A stretch of DNA of 64,000 bases, taken from assembly GCF_964355755.1 (NCBI RefSeq), contig NC_092677.1:16576101-16640100 (forward strand). The letters are read 5' to 3'. The stretch is from Antedon mediterranea (Eukaryota > Animalia > Echinodermata). A program made the translations under genes and the position numbers. Shown in pieces: positions 1 through 11,802 of the stretch (the stretch's first letter is position 1; each line of letters opens with the position of its first letter). The notes under the pieces are model-generated. The model saw nothing but the letters and a program-made list of their open reading frames with translations, ran no database searches and had not been told where the DNA came from.

Positions 1-336
1 ATTTTCGTTTTCTTTGCATTGTTTGGATATATAATTTTGTTATTCTGAAATAAAATGATCAATCAAGTGAATTTTTAAAACAATCAAACGTTGACTTGCT
101 TTTTTATAAAACAATTAAATACCCTTTTTTGTGATCTTTTATTTTTCTGTTTAATAGTGAAAGATGGGTTGTGCAATGTTTAGTTTCATTCATTTGCATA
201 ACATTTCTACATAAATGATGATATTTAATTTTGCTGACACTGGGGCTTATGAAGTGAATAAAGAAATCACACAATTTAGAAGATTTTTGTAAAATTAAGA
301 TTCATACATTTTTATTTATTATATCTTATCAATTAG

Positions 337-384
337 CCAAATCAAAGACATTTGTTGAAAAAAGATCAGAAGAATCAAAAGCAG
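337..384 (+). CDS. Gene A microexon, 48 nt (AKSKTFVEKRSEESKA)
   Basis: aattag|CC...GCAG|gtgagg; paralog of 21131-21178. Confidence 0.7.
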
Positions 385-2039
385 GTGAGGTATAATACTG
401 TAAACACCATAATTATTTCAAGTTGAAATCGCAAATGAATATGCAAATGGACTTGAATTCAATTTAGGTCCACAAACATATTTATTCTGCTACATCAATT
501 CTAATTCTCAATCTTGTATTCTAATGATTAAAACATTCAAGATGTCCGCAACCAATGACTTTCTTAATTTTACTGTACTAGTTGTTTAGTTACATTTTAC
601 AATAATGTTAACTAGGGGTGGCTGTGGCCTATCTTGTTCAAAGTGATACATCTGCCAATACAATTTAAAAATAAAGTGAATTTTGACCACTTTCCACCAT
701 TCCGGCTAAATTAACCTCCTGCAAAGCATATTACTGGGATGTATCTTTGTCTTGATATTAATAGAGAAATCACACGATGCATCGTATCAGCCACTGAAGA
801 AGGAATTACCATTCAGTTCTGAACCAAGTGAAATAGAGTTATTACCAGGTGAATTACAGTTATTTCAATTCAGACCAATTACAAATTGCTTTTATTGGAA
901 AGAGTGAAGCAAGCATAAAACTACCAGTTAAAAAGTAGTTTGTTTTATGATTTTTATTAATCATTCAAAGTTATCATTTATGTCTTTTAGAAGAATCTAC
1001 GTATTCAGTGCGTCCTAAATGGCCAAGCAGATATACTAAACCTAAAATAGGTAAAGTTTTATAGTATAAGTTTTTTTCGTTTCTGTTATGTTTACATATC
1101 ACTCAGTACTAGATTTTTTTATCTTTGTGAACGCATAGTTGTCGAGAAGATCTGGCCTCAATTCATGTAAGCTAGAAGTTCCCACAACAACCAGGAGAAC
1201 CTTTGCTGACAGATCTTTTGACGTCTAAGGTCCACGGTTATGGAACGATCTTCCAGTGACCATTCGGTCTGAAACTAATTTTGATAGCTTTAAGCGTAAA
1301 CTAAAATGTTTTTTTTCCAACAAGTTTATGGAACATAATTTTGATGTACAGCGCTTTTGATAATGGTTCATTCTAAGAGCGCTATATCAGATGTGTAATG
1401 TAATGTGATGTATACCAATAACTTTTTTTCTGCCACTACAGCATTGTATATATTACCTACATACACCATTTTGACAAATCTTTCCAAAACCATTTTCTAT
1501 ATAAAATATAATGAATCTATGAATGATTAAATCGGGTACTGTAGGTTGAACAATTTTATTGCAAACTGTTTCAATAGCAATTTACACTCGATTTGAACTT
1601 GTTGCTTTGGATGAGTTAGGTTATCCGGACAAACTCAACAAACTGTACAGTACGTTAAAATATAAACGTGAAACATGAAGGAACAACTTTGGAAGTTAAT
1701 TGTCTGGGCAACATAATATATATTAATATTTTGACATGAATTCATATCTACAATTCAGCAGCTTCTATGTTTTAATTTTCATTCTGAGGAGCTACAGTAT
1801 AACAGATTGGAATATACTATATAGATGAAATTAAGTAACCCACTTCATTAAAATGTTATAAAATCTACTTTATTATTTTTAATCTTAACAGCAAATTAAA
1901 ATTCATTTGAGTGATAATTATAAATTTGCCACTCAGTTCTAAAATAAAACAACATGAACCAAAACAAAGGTTCTGAATAAAGTGGCTTGAATCAAGTGAT
2001 AATTATGAATTTTGTGTTATTTTTGTATTTTTTTAAATG

Positions 2040-2071
<32 letters not shown>

Positions 2072-5000
2072 TGATAATTATAATTACAGTATTTTAATTG
2101 ACAACAATTACTGGTTAAATATTGCTTTTTCATCAATTATGAAATTAACCTCCTGTAAAATGATTATAAAATTTACCCGTTCTACCGTAATATTTTAATT
2201 CGATCAAGACTAATTAAAAGTGATAATTATAAAAGTGATTATCATTATAAATGTTTTAGTGATAAAAACTACTGGTTAGTTATTGCTTTTCATTGATAGG
2301 AAACTGGTGAGTTAATACTGAATTAACCTCCTGTAAAACAATACTATTGTATTTTTTTCTTTATTTCAATAGAGAAATCAGAAGTGCGATTTCATCGGTT
2401 AAGGAAGAAACTGGCACCCAGTTCTAAAATAAAGCGGCTTGAATCAAGTGAAACAAAGTTAGGTGAGTTATTATAGTTTTTATTTATTTTTTTTATAAAA
2501 TCTACCCTTTCCACCATAATATTTTAATTCAATCAAGACCAATTAAAAGTGATAAAAAACGGTTAATTATAAATTTTTAGTGCTAAAAACCACTGGTTAA
2601 ATCTTCTGAGATGCGCTTTATTTAATGTGCTGAGTGTACGTGTTGCGCCCAATTACGCACATGCTGAGCAAGTTTTGAAAAAAATGCCAGAAATGAAGAA
2701 ACTGAACAATCACAACGGTTATTCACAACTAAGTTGCAGCAGATAACAAAACAAAAAAGTTAAATAAACATTCATCTCTTGTTTCTCTGTCAATTTATAA
2801 ACAAATTTTTATTTTCTTTAGTATAATAATTTTTGTTTTGGTACCCAACAATTACACTTGCAGTCTACACCTTTTTCTATTTTTTTATGACCTCTGCAAA
2901 AACATTACAATATTGTTCCTGTACTCACAACTACTGTTACTGTTACAGTTGTACATATCACAGTACATTCATTTTCTGCTGTAAAATAAAATTATTGAAA
3001 TATACTATATAGATGAAATTAAGTAACCCACTTCATTAAAATGTTTTGACATGATGACATCATCAAAATTACAAATTTTATAAATCATGTGAAAGAAAAT
3101 TGATAGCGCAAGATAATAATTAAAAACTATGTTGCGGCGAATAACCACCTCTTGCTTCTGTCAATTTATTATGTTAAACGGGTAATAATTATAAGCTTTG
3201 TATAATAATTGTGTCATTACATTCAGAACCCAACAATTACACTTGCAGTCTACACCTTTTTCTATTTTTTTATGACCTCTGCAAAATCATTACAATATTG
3301 TTCCTGTACTCACAACTACTGTTACTGTTACAGTTGTACATGTAACAAAATAGTATAATCCCAAAATGTTATCGTCTTTATTATTTATAGAGGAATCAGA
3401 TATAGAGATTATAGAGGAATCAGATAGTTCAGACGGTTCTGAATCAAGTGACTCAGGTGAGCTTATTATATATTGTTACATTGTAATTGCAAGGAGAATC
3501 AGATGAATCTATTGAGTCAAAAACAGGTACTGTATGATATTAGTATACAGCATATTTAATATGTTATGACATCAACAATATGACCACTATTAATTATTTG
3601 TTAATTTCCCATATCTATATTACAAATAATTGTGGGCAAAGCCTTTTGTATGTTAAACTTTCCAGTACCAAAAATTAAAACAGTAAATTAGATTTTAACT
3701 TGTCACACATGCACACTAGCGCGCTGTTAAGCTAGGCCTAGGCTACACTAAAGTGCATGAACAGCTTATAGAGTACTGCTTTATCAGATTCTGTAAATAA
3801 ACATTATAACATTTTTTTTAATGTAAAAGGAAATACTAAACAAGAATCTAAACAGCCGATTTAGTAGATTTAAAATTTATTTATTTTAAAAGAATGTTAT
3901 TAAATAATAAATAAACAATATAAATATGGGGTTCATGCTCCTCTGTGTTTACTGTATAGTTAAATGTCGCAAATATTGTATACACTTAATTATCTATTGT
4001 AAGATTGTATAATATTGTAGTTTAAAAATATGAAGCATAACGTAGTTTAATAGGCAAAAAATTTAAGACAGAAATGTATTGATTTAAACAAAAGTTTTTT
4101 GTATTATTTTTTAGGTGATTTAAGTGAGTATGTAACGAGGAAACTCAAAGAAAAACATATTGATTTAAGAGGAAAAACTGAAGAATTATCTGAAGCAATG
4201 GAACATATGAAGATTACAAGTAAAGGTAGGTATAGAAAATACAAAATTGTGAAAACAAGCTTTTTATAACACGCTACCAGACTACTTCATTAAATCAGTA
4301 AATTTGGTCTTGTCGTGGTTGCGACTTAATAGATGAGATAATCGATTTAATATTTTAGATTATTTAGAGAATTGTTTCAGCTAAAATTTGGAAATAGGTC
4401 GGTAATCGTTAAGATAGGAAATAATTAATCTTTTCATGATTTCTGCCTCAGACATAATATTAATTCCCATAAAAATGTTATCCGATTCTGAGACAAATAT
4501 ATTATTCAATGTATAAACTCTAAGGCAATCAGTAAGATTGAATCAACTGAATGAACAAAATACCAAGCATTGTCACTGTTAGTTAGCATGTTGAGATATT
4601 ACAAAACACTCATTTACAGCTAAAGCTGTAATTTTTAAACAATTCATGAAATCATGATGCCCAGAATGTAGGTGGAAATCAAAGGTTTATATTTCTATTT
4701 CAAATTTTAAAGTGTTTTCTTCCGAACCTTTAGAAGTAATATTTTGTTATTTTGTGTACAGTACATTAATAATGGGTTTTTATTCATTAAAATACATATT
4801 GTTTATATGACTTAATATACAAAATTGGGTAAAAATATATAATTAAAAAAAAACAAATAATATACATAAATATGTTATTGAACAGGCACTTAATCAAATG
4901 TTGGCAAAAGCTCTGATTTGACCATCACAATTATAAAAATAAATTCAATTTGAAGCCCTTTTTAAAATTTTGATACAATATTGTCCGTTTTATTTATTGT

Positions 5001-8000
5001 CCAAAAACGTCATATTTCAATAAAAAATATAATTGTCACATTGATGATTTCTAAAAATAAATTGTATGAAATTGTTTTTGATCATAAATATACGCTTTTT
5101 ACCAATGTTTAATGTTAAATATTTTAAACAAAAATATTGTAATAATTTACCAAGGCAATGTACAAAATGCACTCTGTTAGGCTATGTCTAGGCTACATTA
5201 AAGTACATGAATATAAACTAGTGTTACTATGTTGCATGTACTGATATAATATCAATGTACAAAATGCACTCTGTTAGGCTATGCCTAGGCTACACTAAAG
5301 TACATGAATATGAACTAGTGTTACTATGTTGCATGTACTGATATAATATCAATGTACAAAATGCACTCTGTTAGGCTATGTCTAGGCTACATTAAAGTAC
5401 ATGAATATAAACTAGTGTTACTATGTTGCATGTACTGATATAATATCAATGTACAAAATGCACTCTGTTAGGCTATGCCTAGGCTACACTAAAGTACATG
5501 AATATAAACTAGTGTTACTATGTTGCATGTACTGATATAATATCAATGTACAAAATGCACTCTGTTAGGCTATGCCTAGGCTACATTAAAGTACATGAAT
5601 ATGAACTAGTGTTACTATGTTGCATGTACTGATATAATATCAATGTACAAAATGCACTCTGTTAGGCTATGCCTAGGCTACATTAAAGTACATGAATATG
5701 AACTAGTGTTACTATGTTGCATGTACTGATATAATATCAATGTACAAAATGCACTCTGTTAGGCTATGCCTAGGCTACATTAAAGTACATGAATATAAAC
5801 TAGTGTTACTATGTTGCATGTACTGATATCATATCAATGTACAAAATGCACTCTGTTAGGCTATGCCTAGGCTACATTAAAGTACATGAATATGAACTAG
5901 TGTTACTATGTTGCATGTACTGATATAATATCAATGTACAAAATGCACTCTGTTAGGCTATGCCTAGGCTACATTAAAGTACATGAATATGAACTAGTGT
6001 TACTATGTTGCATGTACTGATATAATATCAATGTACAAAATGCACTCTGTTAGGCTATGTCTAGGCTACACTAAAGTACATGAATATGAACTACTGTTAC
6101 TACTGTATGTTGCATGTACTGATATAATATCAATGTACACTAAATCAATCAATTGTGTGTGAAATGCTGAGTCAACATTCTACAGATAGTTATACCAAAT
6201 TTTTATCCTCTTTATTGCAATAGAAAAATCAGAGGATGTATTGTATAGGTCAAGAGATGTATTGTCAATTAGTTCTGAAATAAAGCAGCTTGAACCAAGT
6301 GAAACGAAGTTAGGTAAGTTTATTATAGTTGTTTATGATTATAAAATCTACCCGTACCATAATATTTTAATTCGATCAAGGCCAATAATTAAAAGTGATA
6401 GTTATAAAAAAATAATGGTTAAAAATATTGCTTTCCATTGATTAGAAAACTGTTGAGTTTATACTGAATTAACCTACTATTGGAAAGAGTGTAAACAAGT
6501 GGATTAATTAATTAACTCTTCTTCTTCTCTGTCAATTTATTGTGTTAAATTTGGTGTTACATAATATAAACACATTTTTATTTTCTTTAGTATAATACAT
6601 TTGTTTTGTCATTACATTCAGAACCCATCAATTACACTTACAGTCTACACCTTTTTCTGTTTTTTATATGACCTCTGCAAAAACATTACAATATTGTTCT
6701 CTGTACTCATAATTACTGTTACAGTTATACATGTAACATAATAGCAATCCCAAAATGTTATCGTCTTTATTTTAATAGAGGAATCAGATAATGTATTGTT
6801 TCGTTCAACAAAGGAATTTCCATATGGTTCTAAATCAAGTGAGTCAGGTTAAGGTCAAGTTATTATAGTTTGTGATAAATCTACTGTTATTTTAAATCAG
6901 AGCAAATAGAAATTCATTTGAGTGATAATTATAAAGTTGCCACTCAATTCTAAAATAAAACAGCATGCACCAACACAAAGTTCTGAATCAAGTGATAATT
7001 ATTTTAATTGACAACAATTACTGATTAAATGTTGCTTTTTAATCAATTATGAAACTGAGTAGTTAATACTTAATTAATCTCTGTAAAGCATACTAATGTG
7101 GTGTTATCTTGATTTAAATAAATAGTAAAATCCGAAGGGAAATTGTATAAGTCAATGGAGGAATTTACAATCGGTTCTGAACTAAAATGGGATAAAGCAA
7201 GTGAAACAAAGTTATTACAAGGTGAGTTAATAGTAGTTATAGTCTGTTATTATAAAATTTACTGTATAATTTTAATCCAGACCAATTAAAATGTATTATA
7301 ATTGGAAAGAGTGCAAAAAAGTGATCAAATCTACTGGTTAAATACTACTTTTTAATTTCTCATATAGTAATAATATTATTTGATTACTACATAATGGTTA
7401 TCATTATTATTTTTTAGGAGAATCTGTGCTGCATCCCAAATTGCCAATCAGATATGCTAAATCCAAAACAGGTAAGTTAGTACAGTTTATTTATCACAGT
7501 ACATTAATTTTCTGTTGTTAAATGTTTAATTTAATTTTGTTTATTTATTCAGGTATAAAAAAGATACAATTTAGCCAAAGGATAAAGGCATTGTATTACA
7601 AAGAAATCTTAGTATTATAAAAATATAAAAATGTTCACATTTAAACTTTACAATACACAATTATTAAAAGAAAAAACAAGAAAATACTGTACAAAATGGG
7701 CAATAACATTAAAATAAATCATCCAAATTATTACAATATAAAAAATATATTTATAAAATAATTAAATATAATTATAAATTAAACAAATCTAGTATTGACT
7801 TTGGTTAAACATACAGTTAATGATTGTATGTTACCATAGTCGGTAATAGATTTGTTTGTTTAAGTTATATATAGAGAACATAGTGTGGGTGTAAAGTTAT
7901 ACATTCTTGTTCCTTCACTCACTACTGTTATTATGTTGTATGTACTGATACAGTTGTATCCAGTTACAAAACAATAATAGGTATTTATATGATTTAATGA

Positions 8001-11000
8001 ATGAAGTAAGTAATTTACAATATAATGTTTTATTAATGATTACGATACGCTAATACCATGCTGAAAAAATAATAATCAAGAGTAGGCCTATTTAGAGAAT
8101 AAAATCAATCAACTACACAAGTGTTCCCAACACCTAAATTAAATATAATGGCAGAGTCAGATTAAGAAATCTATTTAGGTATAAAACAATACGTATAAAT
8201 AATAAAACTAAATAGTACTAAATATATCCTTTGAAGAACATTTAACATTCATGAATTTTGTGAATATTATTATGGTATACTAAGCTGCTCTAACAAAACA
8301 CTATATTTCATGTTATGTATAATTTATTTGTATTTTTCTTGTATATGGTTTTATCTTTAACTGATTGTATTGTATGGAGTGAGTGCAGAATCTGTTTGGG
8401 CTTTAGCCTATTCTCATTCCTGGTTATTTTTACATTGATGACCGAATAAATATTATTATTATAATTATTCACCATCTCCAAATCTGCCACTACGGCAATG
8501 AGAAAATGGGAAGTATGCGAAAAAGAGCACTCTGTATTTTAGATAATAATAATTCTTATTCGCATCCATAAAATACCATAAGCAAAATATAACGGTATAA
8601 TAAACAAAAAATAATTCAAGATTACAGGAGACTAAAAAGCTTTTTTATTTGGGTATTTCCCATTATTTCCTAACGTGTTCTCAGAACTCATCTTACTGCT
8701 TTATCAGATTCTGTAAATAAACATTATAACATTTTTAAAAGGAAATACTAAACAAGAATCTAAACAGCCCATTATATTATTTAGTAGATTTAAAATTTAT
8801 TTAAAATAGTATATTAAAGCATTATTGTAAGATTGTATAATATTGTAGTTTAAAATATGAAGCATAACAGTTTAATATGCAACAAATTAAGACAGAAATG
8901 TATAATTGATTTAAACAAAAGTTGTTTGTTTTAAGTAAAGGTGGCTATAGAAAATACAAAATTGTGAAAAAAAGTTGTTTATAGCATGCTACCAGACTAC
9001 TTCATTAAATAAGTAAATTTGGTCTTGTCGTGTTTGCAACTTAATAGTTGAGATAATCGATTTAATATTTTAGATTATTTAGAGAATTGTTTCAGCTAAA
9101 ATTTGGAAATAGGTTGGCTACCTTTAACATAGGAACTAATTAATCTTTTCATAATTTCTGCCTCAGACATAATAGTAATTCCCATAAAAATGTTGCTGAC
9201 CGGTTATCCGGTCGGATTCTGAGACAATATATTATTCAATGTATAAACTCTAAGGCATTGAATCAGTGAGATTGAATCAACTGTATAAACAAAATACCAA
9301 GCATTTCCACTGTTAGTTAGCATGTTGAGATATTACAAAACACTCATTTGCAGCTAAAGCTGTAATTTTTAAACAATTCATGAAATCATGAAGCCCAGAA
9401 TGTTTATATTTCAATTTCAGATTTTAAAGCATTTTTCTTCCGAAACTTTAGAAGTAATATTTTGTTATTTTGTGTACATTAATAATTTGTTGTTATTCAA
9501 TAAAATACGTATTGTTTATATGACTTATTATACACAATTGGGTAAAAATAAATAATTTTTATACGTAAACCATACATATTATACTTTGTACATAAATATG
9601 TTATTGAACAGAAACTAAATCAATGTTGGCAAAGCTCTCATTGTAAAAATAAATTCAATTTCAATCCCTTTTTAAATTTCTGATACAATACTGTCAGTCA
9701 GTTAGCAAAACGTCATTTGTTTTTCATCATATATATGTAATAACATTGGTAAATATTGTAAACTATATTGTAATAATTTATGTATTATGCTTAGTTTTCT
9801 ATTTCTATTAAAAGATACTGATGATGGCCAGCACTTAAGCTCACGTCCAAAGCTACCAAGTACAATGCAAGATGAAGATTACATAATAGAGGAAATATGC
9901 ACTTCTTTGAGGAGAGTTTGCAATTACATAATGCCTTATAAGGGTGAAGTCACTGATAGTGATATCATAAATATATTGACAATGGATAGGTATAAGAGGT
10001 TTACGAGGTTTAAGTGGTTTAGGTCAATGAGAGAAATGGAATACAAACATGAAAGATCAACAGAGGATTTTGGGAGAATGATTGCTCAATGTGTACTTGT
10101 TGCAGAAAATGAAAGTTACTTTTTATCACAAGTTGTTGAATTATGCACCGATGATGTAGTAAAAGGTCTGTCTAGTGAATTACAAAAATTCAAATTTAAA
10201 TATAATATTCAAGAATTTCATGGATATTATAGTTTTTCAGGATTTCATACAACATCATTTCTAATTCATCTACTAAGTAATGCACCAAGACTTCATAAGC
10301 TTGATTTAATGTCAGGTTTAACAAGTGATACTTTGATGAATACCGTTGATACTCTATCAACAATGAATGTTTGGTTGGAATTATATAGGTTTAAAATCAG
10401 GAAGAGTGATTTGAGTGATGTCAAGGGTACCTCATTAGCCATGCTACTGTCTATTTGCCCCAAACTGAGACACCTTGACATCTCTTCTTGCAGTTTATCA
10501 GGTGCTATTGTAGATTGTATGGCTACTGAGTGTGTTAGTAGGAAACTAGTGTTGGAACTAAATCGTCTTGATATCAGCAGCAATAATCTGACTGATATTC
10601 AAAGTACCTCACTAGCCATGTTACTGTCTATTTTCCCTAAACTGAGACACCTTGACATCTCTTTTTGCAGTTTATCAGGCGCTACTGTAGATTGTATGGC
10701 TAGTGAGTGTGTTAGTAGGAAACTAGTGTTGGCACTAGATTATCTGGATATCCGCAAGAATAATCTGAGTGATGTCAAAGGCTCCACACTAGCCATGCTG
10801 CTGTCTATTTCACGTAAACTGAGTACCCTTGGCATCTCTTCTTGTAGTTTATCAGGTGCTACTGTAGATTGTATGGTTATTGAGTGTGTTAGTAGGAAAC
10901 TAGTGTTGGAACTAAATCGTCTTTATATCCGCAATAATAATCTGACTGATATTCAAAGTACCTCACTAGCCATGCTACTGTCTATTTCCCCTAAACTGAG

Positions 11001-11802
11001 TAGCCTTGAAATATCTGATTGCCATTTATCAGGTGCTACTGTAGATTGTATGGCTAGTGAGTGTGTGAGTAAGAAACTAGTGTTGGAATTACATCATCTT
11101 GGTATCAACAAGAATAATCTGAGTGATATTCAAAGTACCTCACTAGCCATACTACTGTCTATTTCCCCTAAACTGAGTAGCCTTGAAATATCTGATTGCC
11201 ATTTATCAGGTGCTACTGTAGATTGTATGGCTAGCGAGTGTGTGAGTAAGAAACTAGTGTTGGAATTACATCATCTTGGTATCAACAAGAATAATCTGAG
11301 TGATGTCAAGGGTATCTCACTAGCCATGCTACTGTCTATTTCCCCCAAACTGGGAAATGTTAGAATTAATGATTGCAGTTTATCAGGTGCTACTGTAAAT
11401 TGTATGGCTATTGAGTGTGTGAGTAGAAAACTAGTGTTGGAACTAGATTATCTTGATATCAGCAAGAATAATCTGAGTGATGTCAAGGGCACCTCACTAG
11501 CCATGTTACTGTCTATTTCACCTAAACTGAGACACCTTGACATCTCTTCTTGCAGTTTATCAGGTGCTACTGTAGATAGTATTGCTAGTGAATGTGTTAG
11601 AAGGGAACTAGTGTTGGAACTAGATCATCTTGATATCAGCCGCAATAATCTGAGTGATGTCAAAGATACGACACTTGACTCATTACTGTCTATTGCCCCT
11701 AAATTAAAATACCTTTATATGAGAGAATGCAGACTACCCGGTGCTATAATTAATAATATGACCAAACACTTCAATAGTATACAAGGTCTATTTTTACATT
11801 AG
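337..11802 (+). CDS. Gene A, 5'-partial multi-exon NLR-like LRR gene: Ser/Glu-rich microexon linker plus terminal LRR exon
   Basis: AG/GT-bounded, stop-free phase-1 exons at 337-384, 765-848, 991-1050, 2373-2462, 3391-3456, 4115-4225, 6224-6313, 6779-6847, 7126-7221, 7418-7471, then 9815-11802. All internal exon lengths are multiples of 3. Homologous to gene B exons. Confidence 0.75.
765..848 (+). CDS. Gene A microexon, 84 nt (EKSHDASYQPLKKELPFSSEPSEIELLP)
   Basis: taatag|AG...CCAG|gtgaat; paralog of 24107-24190. Confidence 0.7.
991..1050 (+). CDS. Gene A microexon, 60 nt (EESTYSVRPKWPSRYTKPKI)
   Basis: cttttag|AA...ATAG|gtaaag; paralog at 27048 lacks its donor. Confidence 0.65.
   Translation, partial: KNLRIQCVLNGQADILNLK
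1140..1410 (+). mobile_element. 3' fragment of an L2/CR1-group LINE
   Basis: Degenerate ORF2 C-terminus (RRTFADRSFDV*GPRLWNDLPVTIRSETNFDSFKRKLK), then an agcgct...agcgct stem and a (tgtaa)n tail. Confidence 0.6.
2373..2462 (+). CDS. Gene A microexon, 90 nt (EKSEVRFHRLRKKLAPSSKIKRLESSETKL)
   Basis: caatag|AG...TTAG|gtgagt; homologous to 6224-6313. Confidence 0.7.
3391..3456 (+). CDS. Gene A microexon, 66 nt (EESDIEIIEESDSSDGSESSDS)
   Basis: ttatag|AG...TCAG|gtgagc; duplicated acceptor-like sequence ending at 3414. Confidence 0.65.
4115..4225 (+). CDS. Gene A 111-nt exon (GDLSEYVTRKLKEKHIDLRGKTEELSEAMEHMKITSK)
   Basis: ttttag|GT...AAAG|gtaggt; same length as, and homologous to, 54080-54190. 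Confidence 0.75.
5156..6139. repeat. 97-bp minisatellite, 10 near-identical copies
   Basis: tacaaaatgcactctgttaggctatg recurs at 5161, 5258, 5355 and so on to 6034, period 97. Confidence 0.95.
6224..6313 (+). CDS. Gene A microexon, 90 nt (EKSEDVLYRSRDVLSISSEIKQLEPSETKL)
   Basis: caatag|AA...TTAG|gtaagt; lies in the frame of ORF 6241..6441. Confidence 0.7.
6779..6847 (+). CDS. Gene A microexon, 69 nt (EESDNVLFRSTKEFPYGSKSSES)
   Basis: taatag|AG...TCAG|gttaag; homolog of 27183-27308. Confidence 0.6.
7126..7221 (+). CDS. Gene A microexon, 96 nt (VKSEGKLYKSMEEFTIGSELKWDKASETKLLQ)
   Basis: aaatag|TA...CAAG|gtgagt; paralog at 27599-27694. Confidence 0.6.
7418..7471 (+). CDS. Gene A microexon, 54 nt (GESVLHPKLPIRYAKSKT)
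   Basis: ttttag|GA...ACAG|gtaagt; paralog of 27886-27939. Confidence 0.7.
9815..11802 (+). CDS. Gene A terminal exon: helical region plus ribonuclease-inhibitor/NLR-type leucine-rich repeats
   Basis: 671-aa ORF with LxxLxIxxNxL and LxxLxISxCxL repeats alternating at 28+31 aa (177-nt period, 8 A-type repeats). Phase-1 acceptor ttaaaag|AT at 9814/9815, so the ORF-track ATG is probably intronic. Confidence 0.9.

Noticed and set aside
9787-9814. ORF-track start MLSFLFLL as a signal peptide of a standalone LRR gene
   Set aside because: It is the polypyrimidine tract before a phase-1 acceptor and is not conserved in gene B
10293-10583. Antisense ORFs over coding exons (also 17545, 18311, 55535, 60293)
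   Set aside because: Shadows of sense-strand coding or repetitive sequence
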